Positions 8,379 to 19,008 of a stretch of 64,000 nucleotides of DNA are shown here, one piece after another. A model generated the notes under the pieces. It saw only the letters and a program-made list of their open reading frames with translations. It was not told the origin of the DNA and made no database searches. Numbering within the stretch: position 1 is the stretch's first letter; every line of letters starts with the position of its first letter. The stretch comes from Terriglobia bacterium (GTDB lineage: Bacteria; Acidobacteriota; Terriglobia; Terriglobales; Acidobacteriaceae). A program made the translations under genes and the position numbers. The stretch lies in the NCBI GenBank assembly GCA_963841075.1, contig CAWJBA010000014.1, forward strand, positions 21,328-85,327, given 5' to 3'.

Positions 8379-11300
8379 CTAAGCGAAGTCTTCTGCTCTG
8401 CGCCTGCGTCGCCATGGCCGCGGCCGCGATTTTTGCCGCTGCTCCGGAAGATCCGCATTCCAGGCCGGACCCCTCCGACCGAAGCGGCACGCCTGAACAA
8501 CCTGGGCGCAGCCTACATGAACCAGCAGCTTTTCGAGAAAGGCCTCAAGGCCTTTCAGGAAGCGGCAGCGCTCGATCCCAAGTTGCAGGTCGCCTCGATG
8601 AATCAGGGCATCGCCCTGCTGAACCTGGCCCGCATCGATCCTGCGAAAGGGCTGCTGGAAGCCGCGGGCAAGAATGCGCCCAACGATCCCCACGCCTGGT
8701 TCAGCCTGGGCCTGCTGTACAAGAACTCAGACAATCCGCAGGGTTCGGTGGAGGCTTTTCGCCGCGTCACCGAGATCGATCCCAACGACGCCGACAGCTG
8801 GTACTTTCTGGGCGCTGCTTTGGCGCAGCTCAGGCAGTATCCGCAGGCGATCGAGGCTTTTCAGCACGCTCTCAAGGTGAATCCGCTGCACGCTTCGGCC
8901 GAGTTCGGCATTGCGCGCGCCTACCAGCAGTCGGGCGATGCGGCCCAGGCCCGCGAACACCTGGTGCGCTTCCAGCACATCACGCAGAGCAAGTTGGGTT
9001 CGCCCATCGGGCTGGCTTACGGCGACCAGGGAAAGTATTCGCTGGTCGAAGAGGCGGTGGGCGCCGCGGAGAAAGCGCTGCCGCGATTGCGGTGCGCTTT
9101 GTGCCGGTGACGGACCAGGCTGGGCTCGTCGCAAGCATCCTCGGCGGAAGCAGCGATCTGGCGTCGTTCCTGGGACCCGGCGCTTGTTTTCTTGACTATG
9201 ACGGCGACGGCAAGCCTGATCTTTTTTTGCCCGACAACGGGCCCGATGGCGGCATGGCGCTTTATCACAACCTGGGCAATGGCAAGTTTGAGGATGTCAC
9301 CAAAAAAGCCGGACTGGATCCTTCGCTTCATGCCATCGGCTGCACGGCCGGAGATTATGACAACGACGGCGCCACCGATCTGGCTGTGAGTCTGAACAGT
9401 CGAGTGCTGCTATTGCACAACGAAAAGAACGGAACGTTCAAGGACATGGCGGAAGCTGCGGGGATCAAGAGTGAAGGCCCCAACCTTGGCGTCACTTTCA
9501 TAGACTACGACCACGACGGGGACCTCGATCTTTACGTAACCAGCACCCTCAAAAATGCGCCCGCGCCGGCTGTCGGCCAGAACATCGCGTTTCCAAGTGG
9601 TTTGGCTTTTCCCGGCAATGCCATGTGGCGCAACAATGGCAACGGAACGTTCACCGATGTTGCTCAGGAACTTGAAATCGGTCTCGACCCCAGCGTCAGC
9701 TCGATTGGAACTGACTACAACAACGACCGCGCTATCGACCTGGTGGTTACGGATCTCAAGGGCCCTACAATTCTTGAGAATCCGCGCGAGGGAAAATTCT
9801 CTTCAAAGTCGGTCGGCGAGTTGCCGGCCCCAGGTCCAAGCCTGGCAATCGCAGTTCTTGATTTTGATCACGACGGCTGGATGGACCTGGCGTTCACCCA
9901 TTCCGCCGCGCCCGGATTGACTCTCTGGCGAAACGATCATGGACAAAAGTTCGAACGCGTGACGCTGCCCGCCACCAATTGGAGCCGCGCCTTCGGGATC
10001 GCAGCTTTCGACTATGACAATGACGGCTGGATCGACATCGTCGCTGTCGGTGAGACCGAAGATGGCAAGGGGGAAGTTCGCCTCTTCCGCAATCTCGGTC
10101 CGGACGGATTCAAAGACGTCACTGCCGATGTCGGCCTCGACAAGATTCAACTCAAAGATCCACGCGCTGTGATCACGGCCGACTACGACGGCGACGGCGC
10201 TACCGATCTGCTGATCACGCAGAATCACGGGCCGGCAGTGCTGCTGCGCAACGATGGCGGCAACAAGAACAACTGGCTTCGGGTTTCGTTCAAGGGCCTG
10301 GCTGATAACAAGAGCGCGATTGGCACCAAGGTTGAAGTGTTTGCCGGAGCGAATCGCCAGAAGTTCGAAATCGCGGGATCGTCCGGCTACCTGGGGCAGA
10401 ACTCAGCCGACTTCGTGGTCGGCCTGGGCCAAGCCAAAGAGGCCGACGTAGTACGCATGCTGTGGCCCTCGGGCGTGCTGCAGGATGAAATCCAGATTGC
10501 CGGAATGAAAGACTACAGTTTCGGAGAACTGGACCGCCGCGGCAGTTCCTGTCCAACGCTTTTCGCCTGGGACGGAACCCGCTACGCGCTGGTGGGAGAC
10601 ATGCTGGGCGCGGGCGTGGTCGGCCATTGGATTGGCCCGAACCAGCGCGACATTCCGCGGCCGACGGAATATATCAAGGTGGCCCGCAACTCCATTCGCG
10701 AAAAAGACGGCAAACTCAGCTTCCGCTTCATGGAGCCGCTGGAAGAAGCGGTCTATCTCGACCAGGTGAAGTTGCTGGCGGTGGACCATCCCGCTGCGGA
10801 GGACGTATTCCCCAACGAATACTTTGCCAGCAACCCGCCGTATCCGCCGTTCAAAGTTGTCTATAGCCACGGTGCCGTGCCCCCGGCTGCGGCGCGCGAC
10901 GAGCATGGCCACGATGTTTTGCCTGACCTGCTGGCGCATCGCTACTTTGGCGATTTCGATCTCCTGCCCTTTCAGGGCTTCACCAAGACGCACACTCTGG
11001 AACTTGACCTCGGAGAACCATATCGGGGTGGCCCGCTCTGGCTCATGATGCATGGCGAGATCGAGTACTTCAGTGCTACGAGCATGTACGCCGCCTACCA
11101 GGCGGGCATCGAACCCGTCGCGCCTTACGTGGAAGCGCAGGACGCCAACGGAAAGTGGAATCGCGTCGTCGATGACATGGGTTTTCCCGCCGGCGGCCCG
11201 CGCACCATGACCGCCGATCTCACCGAGAAGCTGCCGCAGGGAACGCAGCGCATCCGCATCACGACCAACCTGCAGATTTATTGGGACAACATCCTGATCA

Positions 11301-11831
11301 ATCGTGCCGAGCAGAAGTGGGGATGCCCGGCTTACGCCGGTGCCGCTGGCTCGCGCCGACCTGCGCTTCCGCGGCTTTCCCCTGAAAATCGAAAACCAGC
11401 CGCCCGGAAACGTCTTGTACGTTTATGAGAAGACCAGTCCGACCGGTCCGTACACCCGGCCTGCAGGCGCTTACACTCGCTACGGGGATGTGCGTCCGCT
11501 GCTCACGGGATATGACGATCGTCTGGCCGTGTTCGGATCCGGAGACGAGGTCGTTCTCGATTTCGATCCCGCGAAACTGCCGGTGCTGCCCAAAGGTTGG
11601 GCGCGTGATTACTTCTTCGTGGCCAACGGCTACGAAAAAGATATGGATTTCTACGCCGCCGAGGCCAACACCGTCCATCCGCTGCCCTTCCGCGCGATGG
11701 GCACATATCCGTATCCCAAGAGCAGGTCATTTCCCCTGGATGATGCGCACGTAGACTATTTCCTGGACTACAACACGCGCCATCTCTCTGGAAACGAGCC
11801 CAGGGGATACCGCTTCGACTACTCCCATTAA
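8375..11831 (+). pseudogene. secreted TPR + FG-GAP/VCBS repeat + ASPIC/UnbV-type protein (CRTAC1-like) with three frame breaks
   Basis: Signal peptide in frame 2. The TPR region is read only in frame 3 (ORF 8433..9110). Repeated DYDGDG/DYDNDG/DFDHDG calcium-type loops are back in frame 2. The conserved C-terminus is in frame 3 (ORF 11304..11831). Breaks lie near 8440-8490, 9070-9082 and 11312-11322 (a G4 run). Confidence 0.8.
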
Positions 11832-11869
11832 TAACTGACAAATGATCAACACCCGGGAGGTTAACCCGC

Positions 11870-12571
11870 ATGGATGATCTGCGAAAACCGATCCTGCCCG
11901 GCAAAGGCGCGTCGGACTACGAACGCTACTTGCGCACGGATGAACTACTGGCGCTGCAGAAGCGTCCGGAGGAACTGCTTCATCCCGACGAGATGACCTT
12001 CCAGGTCGTGCATCAGGCGTCCGAGCTGCTTTTGAAAGGGGTCGCCTTCGAGCTGGAACGGGCGCGCGTTTTGATTGCCGACGGAGATTTCTTCAACTCC
12101 GCCCAACTCCTGCGCCGCGGCAATCACATGCTGGAGTATCCCATCTCCATGCTGCACGAACTGGAGACCATCACGCCTTACGACTACCACTTGATTCGAG
12201 CCGGCCTGGGACACGGCAGCGGCCTGGACTCTCCGGGTTTCCTGGGGCTGCTGCACATCGGTCCGCGGCTGGGAGAGGCATTCCAGTCGCAGTTGACCCG
12301 GCTCAACCTGAGCGTGGATGAACTCTATCGCCGGCACGCGGAATTTTTCGGCTTGCATGACGTGGCCGAGCGTCTGCTCGATTTTGACGAGCGCGTGCAT
12401 TTATTCCGGTTTCACCATCTCAAACTGGCCCAGAGGATCATCGGCGGCGGAGTGGTCGGCACCATGGGCACGCCGGTAGAAGTCCTGCACCAACGCATGG
12501 AGCATCTTTTCTACAAAGACCTCTGGGACGTTCGCAACCGCATCACGGCAGAATCCATGAAAGAAATGTAG
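11870..12571 (+). CDS. kynA: tryptophan 2,3-dioxygenase
   Basis: 233 aa. SDYERYLRTDELLALQ, FQVVHQASELLLK and the proximal-His region FRFHHLKLAQRIIGGGVVGTMGT match the bacterial TDO pattern. Confidence 0.8.
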   Translation: MDDLRKPILPGKGASDYERYLRTDELLALQKRPEELLHPDEMTFQVVHQASELLLKGVAFELERARVLIADGDFFNSAQLLRRGNHMLEYPISMLHELETITPYDYHLIRAGLGHGSGLDSPGFLGLLHIGPRLGEAFQSQLTRLNLSVDELYRRHAEFFGLHDVAERLLDFDERVHLFRFHHLKLAQRIIGGGVVGTMGTPVEVLHQRMEHLFYKDLWDVRNRITAESMKEM

Positions 12572-12577
12572 CGTTTA

Positions 12578-12779
12578 CCTGTCGTCCTGAGCGGAGAAAC
12601 TGCTTCGCGAAGCGAAGCAGTTTCGCAGTCGAAGGAGCCCTATAGGCTCATCGGTAGCGTTTCTTTCTGGAGATTGAGAATCCACTTCCAAGCTTTTCCG
12701 AGCGTTCGTAGCTATAGGGGTCCTTCGACTCCGCGGAAAGTTCGCGAAGCGAACTTTCCCCTCCGCTCAGGATGACAGG
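12578..12779. repeat. nested palindromic element, family A copy 1
   Basis: Outer arms are CCTGTCGTCCTGAGCGGAG / CTCCGCTCAGGATGACAGG. Inner arms are GTCGAAGGAGCCCTATAG / CTATAGGGGTCCTTCGAC. Each half holds a CTTCGCGAAGCGAAG palindrome. A 66 bp unique spacer separates the halves. Confidence 0.8.
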
Positions 12780-12860
12780 GTTGGGGTGTATGCAGACTGA
12801 GACGTCAGTTGCGCCGTCATTGCTGCAATCTCCCCACCTGTTTATAATCAGATTCGCCGA

Positions 12861-12935
12861 GCGGGAGTAGCTCAGTGGTAGAGCGCGACCTTGCCAAGGT
12901 CGATGTCGCGGGTTCGACCCCCGTCTCCCGCTCCA
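12861..12935 (+). tRNA. tRNA-Gly (GCC)
   Basis: Cloverleaf folded by hand. Acceptor GCGGGAG/CTCCCGC, anticodon loop TTGCCAA, T-loop GGTTCGA, encoded CCA. Confidence 0.9.
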
Positions 12936-12948
12936 GAGTTTGATTGGG

Positions 12949-12977
12949 AAAGCCCCGCTCCCGGCGAGGGCTTTTTC
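12949..12977 (+). terminator. intrinsic terminator candidate between the two tRNAs
   Basis: AAAGCCC...GGGCTTTTT stem followed by a T-run. Confidence 0.5.
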
Positions 12978-13040
12978 AATGTTCGGCGCTCTCGCTCCGG
13001 ATGGACAATTCCGGAAGATGGCGCTAAGTTAAGCACGAGC

Positions 13041-13118
<78 letters not shown>

Positions 13119-13357
13119 CTTAAAAAATCCATCCCCCCGAATCGACCTATCGACGCGCACTTTGAGCGGACGGACTTACTTTGGTTGCGCAAGAAGTTGC
13201 GCACTGAAAGCATCTGCACAGTTTGTAAATCGCCTTGATTTTAGATCCCGATCTGCTACATTAGCGATCCCTCCCCCAGTTGTATCTCCCTAATATTTAC
13301 GAGCCTGGGCCAAGCTGTGCGGATTTGCCGACGGGCCGAACCAAGGAGCAAGTTGCG

Positions 13358-14665
13358 ATGAGTCGATACCGGGTTTTGCTGGCAGTCGCAGGGTTGCTGG
13401 TGGCGGGATTTTCGTTGAGCGCCGTCGCCGGGTTCCACCTTCCGAACCTGATGCCATTCCCTGATCCCAGCGGCATTTTCAGGACGCTTGCAGTAGGGCC
13501 GGTCGATCTTTCGAATCCATTCTTCCAAAGTCTGGGAACGAACGGCCGGAGCTGCGCCAGCTGCCATGATGTCGCTGAGGGATGGACCATCACGCCGCCG
13601 AACCTGCAGCAGCGATTCCAGTCAAGCCAGGGCAAGGACCCGGTGTTTCGCCCGGTGGACGGCGCGAATTGTCCCAGCGCCGATGTGTCTACACTCGCGG
13701 CGCGTACCTCCGCGTACAGCCTGCTGCTGAACCGCGGCCTGATCCGCATGTCGCTGCCGGTGCCGGCCAATGCCGATTTCAGCATCGTCTCCATCGATGA
13801 TCCTTACAGTTGCCCGGCGACTACGACCAGCCAGCCTTCGCTCTACCGGCGGCCGCTGCCTTCCACCAACCTGCGCTTTCTCAACGGCATCATGTGGGAC
13901 GGACGCGAACCCAACTTGCGCAGCCAGGCCAAAGACGCGACCCTGGTGCACGCCCAGCCCAAATATCCGCCGAGCGATTCGCAATTGCGGCAGATTGTCG
14001 ATCTCGAGTCATCGCTATTCACCGCCCAGACGGAAGACAGTCAGGCAGGGTGGCTGTGGGCGGATGGCGCGCGTGGCGGTCCGATCTTCCTTGCGTTCCA
14101 ACCTTTTCGGATCGGGATCAACTCCGGCGCCAAGTTCAATCCCAACGTATTTGACCTGTACTCGAAATGGGCCAACGCCGGCGGCAAGGACGCGGCGGCC
14201 CGGCAGTCCATTGCGCGCGGACAAGTGCTGTTCAACACCCGGGCCATGCTTATTACCGGCGTGCCCGGGTTCAACGATGTTCTGGGTCAGGACTTCGTGA
14301 TGGCCACCTGCTCCACCTGCCACAATGCGCCCAACGTTGGCAGCGGGAGCGACCCGTCGCTCGCCATGATGAACATTGGAACGACTTCTCCTTCCACTGG
14401 TCTGCCTACCTACCAGATTCTTTGCAAGGACGGTACGGAAGTGACGACCACTGATCCAGGACGGGCCCTGATCACCGGCAAATGCGCCGATATTGGCAAG
14501 TTCAAGGTGCCCGGCTTGCGCGACTTGGCGGCGCGCGCACCTTATTTCCATAGCGGCACCGCGGCGACCATGGAGCAAGTGGTCAACTTTTACGACCAGC
14601 GCTTCAGCGTGGGGTTGAGCCCGGACGAGACGGCTGACCTGGTGGCATTTATGAACACGCTATAA
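13358..14665 (+). CDS. di-haem cytochrome c peroxidase / MauG-family protein
   Basis: Start at the ATG preceded by AAGGAG. Signal peptide present. Two CxxCH motifs (CASCH, CSTCH) and a C-terminal PYFHSGTAATMEQVVNFY segment. Confidence 0.8.
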   Translation: MSRYRVLLAVAGLLVAGFSLSAVAGFHLPNLMPFPDPSGIFRTLAVGPVDLSNPFFQSLGTNGRSCASCHDVAEGWTITPPNLQQRFQSSQGKDPVFRPVDGANCPSADVSTLAARTSAYSLLLNRGLIRMSLPVPANADFSIVSIDDPYSCPATTTSQPSLYRRPLPSTNLRFLNGIMWDGREPNLRSQAKDATLVHAQPKYPPSDSQLRQIVDLESSLFTAQTEDSQAGWLWADGARGGPIFLAFQPFRIGINSGAKFNPNVFDLYSKWANAGGKDAAARQSIARGQVLFNTRAMLITGVPGFNDVLGQDFVMATCSTCHNAPNVGSGSDPSLAMMNIGTTSPSTGLPTYQILCKDGTEVTTTDPGRALITGKCADIGKFKVPGLRDLAARAPYFHSGTAATMEQVVNFYDQRFSVGLSPDETADLVAFMNTL

Positions 14666-14731
14666 GTTTGTGGAGGACGGGCGGCCTCGCCCGTCGCGCG
14701 CAATGGCCGGCGATAGCTAAGCCGTTCGGGG

Positions 14732-15016
14732 CTAGCGGTTCGGCCGCGGAGGCCGGCTCCGAAACAGAGTGTAGACAATCCAGATCAAAGCGAAACAGCA
14801 GAAGGAATCGACTCCCACTCCCAGAAAAAGAACGTCCCCTAACTTTCCCAGCCCTTCGGGATGCGCGGAAGGCGGAATGAGTTTAAGAGAGAAATACATC
14901 CCTGGCGTCGGAAATCCATAGCCGTAGCCGTACAGTGACAACAGGAAACCCAATGGAATCGAAATCAGGCCGACCAGAAACCACGTTACCCATTTGTTCT
15001 TGATGAGCATTGCCAA
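14732..15016 (-). CDS. small membrane protein, function unknown
   Basis: 94 aa with three hydrophobic segments. Start is TTG at 15016 or ATG at 15010. Confidence 0.45.
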   Translation of the reverse strand: MAMLIKNKWVTWFLVGLISIPLGFLLSLYGYGYGFPTPGMYFSLKLIPPSAHPEGLGKLGDVLFLGVGVDSFCCFALIWIVYTLFRSRPPRPNR

Positions 15017-15310
15017 CTTTACGGTACCCGTCCGCTGCTCAGATTTTAGAGGCCGCCCTGGCGGACTGGACCGCGCTAATCGTTCAACGTCTCCCGATCC
15101 TTATTTACTGTTTAGATGACTCTGTCGGTGGAATAAGGCAATGCGCGCGCCTCCCGTAAGTGATTGTAAACAGGCGGCGTTATGCCATCGCGGGGCGCCA
15201 GCCTCTGGGAGATTTCCGAAAGTTCGTGGAATGTCTCTGGAATGCAAATCGTGCCTGGGTGTCCAATCGGGGCCCAGGTCACATCTAACCAGCTATGATT
15301 TCTCAGGAGA

Positions 15311-15329
15311 CTTCGGAAATTTTCCGAAG
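15311..15329. promoter_or_regulatory. perfect 9-1-9 palindrome, candidate operator
   Basis: CTTCGGAAA-T-TTTCCGAAG lies in a 460 bp intergenic region. A half-site-like TTTCCGAAA sits near 15213. Confidence 0.3.
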
Positions 15330-15477
15330 GCTCGAGCGGTGTTCTGCAAAATAACTCACCCTGTCTTACTCACTTGTAATTTGCGTGCTCGTTGCAACAT
15401 GGAGAATGAACGCCGCACTTCTGAAGGATTGAACTTTCTCTGAGGTTGGCTCACATGAATTCGAAAGGGAGGAAAGA

Positions 15478-15957
15478 ATGAATACGGGCAGGTTAAGTGT
15501 GGTTGTGTTTTCTATGGCACTTCTTCTGGGGATCGCGTCCTTGGCTGCGGCGCAGAGCAGTGTTTCGGCGAGAACTTCCGGCGCGTCGCAGGGGACGACC
15601 GTCGCGCCCGATGAAATCGATCTTACGGGCAGCATCCAGCAGGTGGTTACCGATCCAGCGTCCGGCCGTCCGCAGGGACTGCATCTCATCGTGGCCAGTC
15701 CGCAGGGAATCTTCGATGTCAGCGCCGGGCCCTACCTGGCGAAGGACGTAAAGGACAGTCTGGCGGTTGGACAGCCTGTGCAGGTCAACGGCGTGCTGCG
15801 AACCTTCGGTGGCCAGGCATATCTGCTCGCTCGCGAAATGACGGTTGCGGGGCGTCAGGTGACGGTTCGCAATGAGCATGGCTTCCCGCTCCACTCCCAA
15901 TCGCCCGTTGCCCGCTCTCAGCGGAGCCATGCCGGATTGAACGGAGGCGCGCAGTGA
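15478..15957 (+). CDS. secreted protein, function unknown
   Basis: 159 aa. GGGAGGAAAG SD and a signal peptide (LLLGIASLAAAQS). The stop overlaps the next start (GTGA). Confidence 0.6.
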   Translation: MNTGRLSVVVFSMALLLGIASLAAAQSSVSARTSGASQGTTVAPDEIDLTGSIQQVVTDPASGRPQGLHLIVASPQGIFDVSAGPYLAKDVKDSLAVGQPVQVNGVLRTFGGQAYLLAREMTVAGRQVTVRNEHGFPLHSQSPVARSQRSHAGLNGGAQ

Positions 15958-17763
15958 ACCTGCACAAGAGTATTCCAGCTTGCATCATTGTCGCTTTCAC
16001 CCTCGCGTTTGCGGCCTGCGGAGGAGGAAGCAGTTCGACTCCCCCGGCCTCCATTTCTGTGAGCTTCGCAGCACAACCTCCAACCACGCTGGTGGTCGCC
16101 ACCACCCTCAGCCTCACCGCTGTTGTGAACAATGACAGCGCCGGCGCCGGAGTCAACTGGAAGGTCACTTGTGGAACCACATTGTGCGGCAGTTTCGTTC
16201 CCGCCTCCACGGCCAACGACGCCGCGACGGTTTACACAGCTCCTGCAGCAATCCCCACGGGGAATACGGTAACCATTGTCGCGACCTCGATTACGGATTC
16301 CACCAAGTCAGCCTCGGCTACCATCACCATCACCACATCCGCGACGTCCGTTCTGGCTGACGGCACCTACGTTTTTCGCCTTTCCGGCGAGGACATCACC
16401 GGAGGCGGAAGCTCGTACTTTGTTGCCGGCGCTTTCACTGTGCTGAACAAGAGCATCGCCAGCGGAGAGCAGGACTTCGTTGACCAGGGCGCCGGAATCA
16501 CGGACGGCATCCTCGCCAGCGGCAGCAGCTTGAGCGCTACTTCCAACGGAAATATCCAGATCGTGCTGAACACCGATGACACGAACGTCGGCGTCAACGG
16601 GGTGGAGACGCTACGCGCCACCATGGTTTCCCCTTCCCACTTGCTGATCTCGCAGTTTGATGGTTTCGCCTCCGCCACTGGAACACTCGATCTTCAAACC
16701 GGTTCAGCGGCACCCGCGGGCGGATATGCTTTCAATCTCTCGGGCCTGGACGGCGCTAACAATCCGCTTTTCATCGGAGGCATTCTCAATTTCAGCGGAA
16801 CTTCTGTGGCCGTGGTGAACAGTGTCTTTGACTTCAACGACAATGGCTCAATTGGCCAGGCGCAGCTTTTCGCCTCCGGCTCGGTGTCAGCTCCAGATTC
16901 TTTTGGGCGCGTCACCATCTCTCTCACCCCCAGCTCGGCTCTCGTGGTCCCGCAGTTTGGCTTGAGCGGTTATGTCGTTGGCCCAAACCGCATTCATCTG
17001 GTCGAGAACCTGCAGGACAGCCTGAACGGCGTCCTGGGAGGCACGGCTTTGGGGCAAGGCTCCAATACCGGCAACTTCACCCAGGGCGGGGTCGCCGGGC
17101 AAACCTACGTCTTCGCGGCGCAGGCAGTCGATGCGACGGGACTGGCTAATCTGGCGGGCGGGTTCACTCTCAACGCCAACGGCACGGTGTCCGGAGATCT
17201 GGCGGTTAACGACCTCAATACAATCCAGGGTGTGGCTATCACTGGCGGGAACTGGACCATCGGGCCCGGCGGCCGCGTCACTCTCAGCAATGTCACTCCC
17301 CAGATTCTGGGTGCGCCTCTGGCCTTCCAGCTCTATCTGGATGGCAACGGCAACGCTCTGGAGTTAGGGGTGGACGCTTCCGAGGGATCGGCCGGCTCTT
17401 CCTTCCTGCAAACCACAGGCGCAATTAACCCCGGCAACTACGCTATCGGCGCCCAGGGCTTCACGAACGTGGCCGGCACGCCATTCTGGGCCGCGAACGG
17501 TCCCGTGACTATTAATAGCGGCGGGAATTTCGACGGCTCTACCGACTACAACGTCCTGGGATTTACGCCTCTCCAAGACGTTGCTCTTACGGGCACAACG
17601 AACACCTCGCAAGGGCCTATTCACGCTCGCGGGCCTGAACGCCAATTCGTTCACGACCACCAACCAATTCGGATACTTCCCCATCGACAATTCGCGAGTG
17701 TTGGCGATTGAGGTTGACTCCGGGCAGTTGGGTCTGTTCATCCTGGAGCAGGTCAGTCCGTAA
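15954..17763 (+). pseudogene. large lipoprotein with N-terminal Ig-like region, one +1 frame break near the 3' end
   Basis: Lipobox LAFAAC. Thr/Ser/Gly/Asn-rich beta-type sequence. The natural-looking C-terminus (LFTLAGLNANSFTTTNQFGYFPIDNSRVLAIEVDSGQLGLFILEQ) is in ORF 17581..17763. Break near 17613-17617. Confidence 0.6.
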
Positions 17764-17779
17764 CTCGGCTGCTCCGCTG

Positions 17780-17820
17780 CCCCATCCTTGCGATAGCGCG
17801 CAGGGATGGGGCCGTTTTTA
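17780..17820 (+). terminator. intrinsic terminator
   Basis: CCCCATCC-TGCG...CGCA-GGATGGGG stem followed by CCGTTTTT. Confidence 0.7.
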
Positions 17821-18177
17821 TCATCAGGATACGCAGTGGTTTCCGGCGGAAGAGTGACACGCAGGCTGCTCTGCGAAGTGCTGCCGGCTACTCCAGGGAA
17901 CGAATGGCGGTCTTGAGAAAAAAGACTATCGCCACATAAACAATGCGTCGTCCGGCCAGCTTCAACTTGCCTGCAGCGTCAGAGAGAGCATGTAATCCGG
18001 CCAAGTGCACCTCCGCGAACCAGGAGAGCGTGTCCCTGCAAATTATTCCCAGGCGCAGGCACAGAACCCGTCCTCTTTGCACCTTGGCTTGGTTTTAGGC
18101 GAGTAAAGACAGGTTGTCTGCTCGGCAGCGTACCTTAGGTTGCGAATTCAGGCTGGCGTCGTGATTCTGCCTCGGCC

Positions 18178-18840
18178 CTAGTCATCGTCCGAAGGCATGG
18201 GCTCTCCGACGATGTTGTAATACACCTCTTTTGGTTTTTTGGGTTTAGCCGGCTCGGCTTTAGGCGTGGGCGGCTTGGCCGCTACCGGGGTCGCGACGGG
18301 CGGCGCGGGGACGGGAACAGCCACGGGCTTTATTGCGGACGGGACCGGGGCCGGCGGAGCCGGCTGAGGCGGAACTACGCGGACAGGCTCGGGCACTGCG
18401 ATCGCTTCAGCATTCGCCGCCGGCGCCGGCACCGGATTTTCTACCGGAGCGACTCTTGCCGGCGGTTCAGAAATCGTTGGCAAGAATTGGACTGGCGTTA
18501 CCGGAACCGGCCTGACCGCAACCGGGTCCCTTACGGTCTTGATTTTTCTCGCTGGCGACCGCTGGAAGAAATAATTGAGGACCGCCGCCACCAGCCCGGC
18601 GATACAAAACTCGAATATGGAAACAAACAATTCGGGATAGTTATAGGGCCGTTGGGTGAAAGAGGTGGGCAGCCCGGAAGACTGGCCCATGACATCCCCC
18701 AGCCAGGGCACGAACACATGGTTCATGAACGACACGATCAGTCCCCAGGTAGCTTCCCCAAGGAGCACCGCAATGATGAGCCGTCCAATCCACCGGCGCG
18801 TGTCTCCCTCGGAGGTGAAGGGCTTGGCTGGTTGGTCCAT
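18178..18840 (-). CDS. two-TM MscL-like membrane protein with Pro/Ala-rich C-terminal tail
   Basis: Start moved to the ATG at 18840, which has an AGGAG SD. The longer track ORF would run through the dps terminator. The TM1/TM2 pattern resembles MscL (weak, by eye). The tail is ~110 aa of PVPAP-type repeats. Confidence 0.4.
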   Translation of the reverse strand: MDQPAKPFTSEGDTRRWIGRLIIAVLLGEATWGLIVSFMNHVFVPWLGDVMGQSSGLPTSFTQRPYNYPELFVSIFEFCIAGLVAAVLNYFFQRSPARKIKTVRDPVAVRPVPVTPVQFLPTISEPPARVAPVENPVPAPAANAEAIAVPEPVRVVPPQPAPPAPVPSAIKPVAVPVPAPPVATPVAAKPPTPKAEPAKPKKPKEVYYNIVGEPMPSDDD

Positions 18841-18942
18841 AATTCTCCTGCCTTTGGAAAGATTGTTACACATTGACCCGGCGCGCGAAAGGCGGGAAGA
18901 GTGGCGGCGAAGGAAACAGCCCGGCGCTACCTTCATCGAGAT

Positions 18943-18970
18943 AAAAAAAGGGCCGACCGAAGTCAGCCCC
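18943..18970 (-). terminator. intrinsic terminator of dps
   Basis: Minus-strand GGCTGAC-TTCG-GTCGGCC hairpin followed by T7. Confidence 0.75.
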
Positions 18971-19008
18971 AATCCTGATTTTTGATTTCATTTCCGACGC
19001 AGCGAACG

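Noticed and set aside
8440-9080. Frame-2 reading of the long 8375..11428 ORF (Arg/Gly/Pro-rich)
   Set aside because: Frame 3 over the same stretch gives clean TPR repeats. The frame-2 ORF is open only by GC composition, between two compensating indels.
17888-18082. 64 aa minus-strand ORF in the gap between the lipoprotein terminator and the MscL-like gene
   Set aside because: It has a GTG start without a convincing SD, an Arg/Leu-rich sequence and no motif. The evidence is insufficient to call it.
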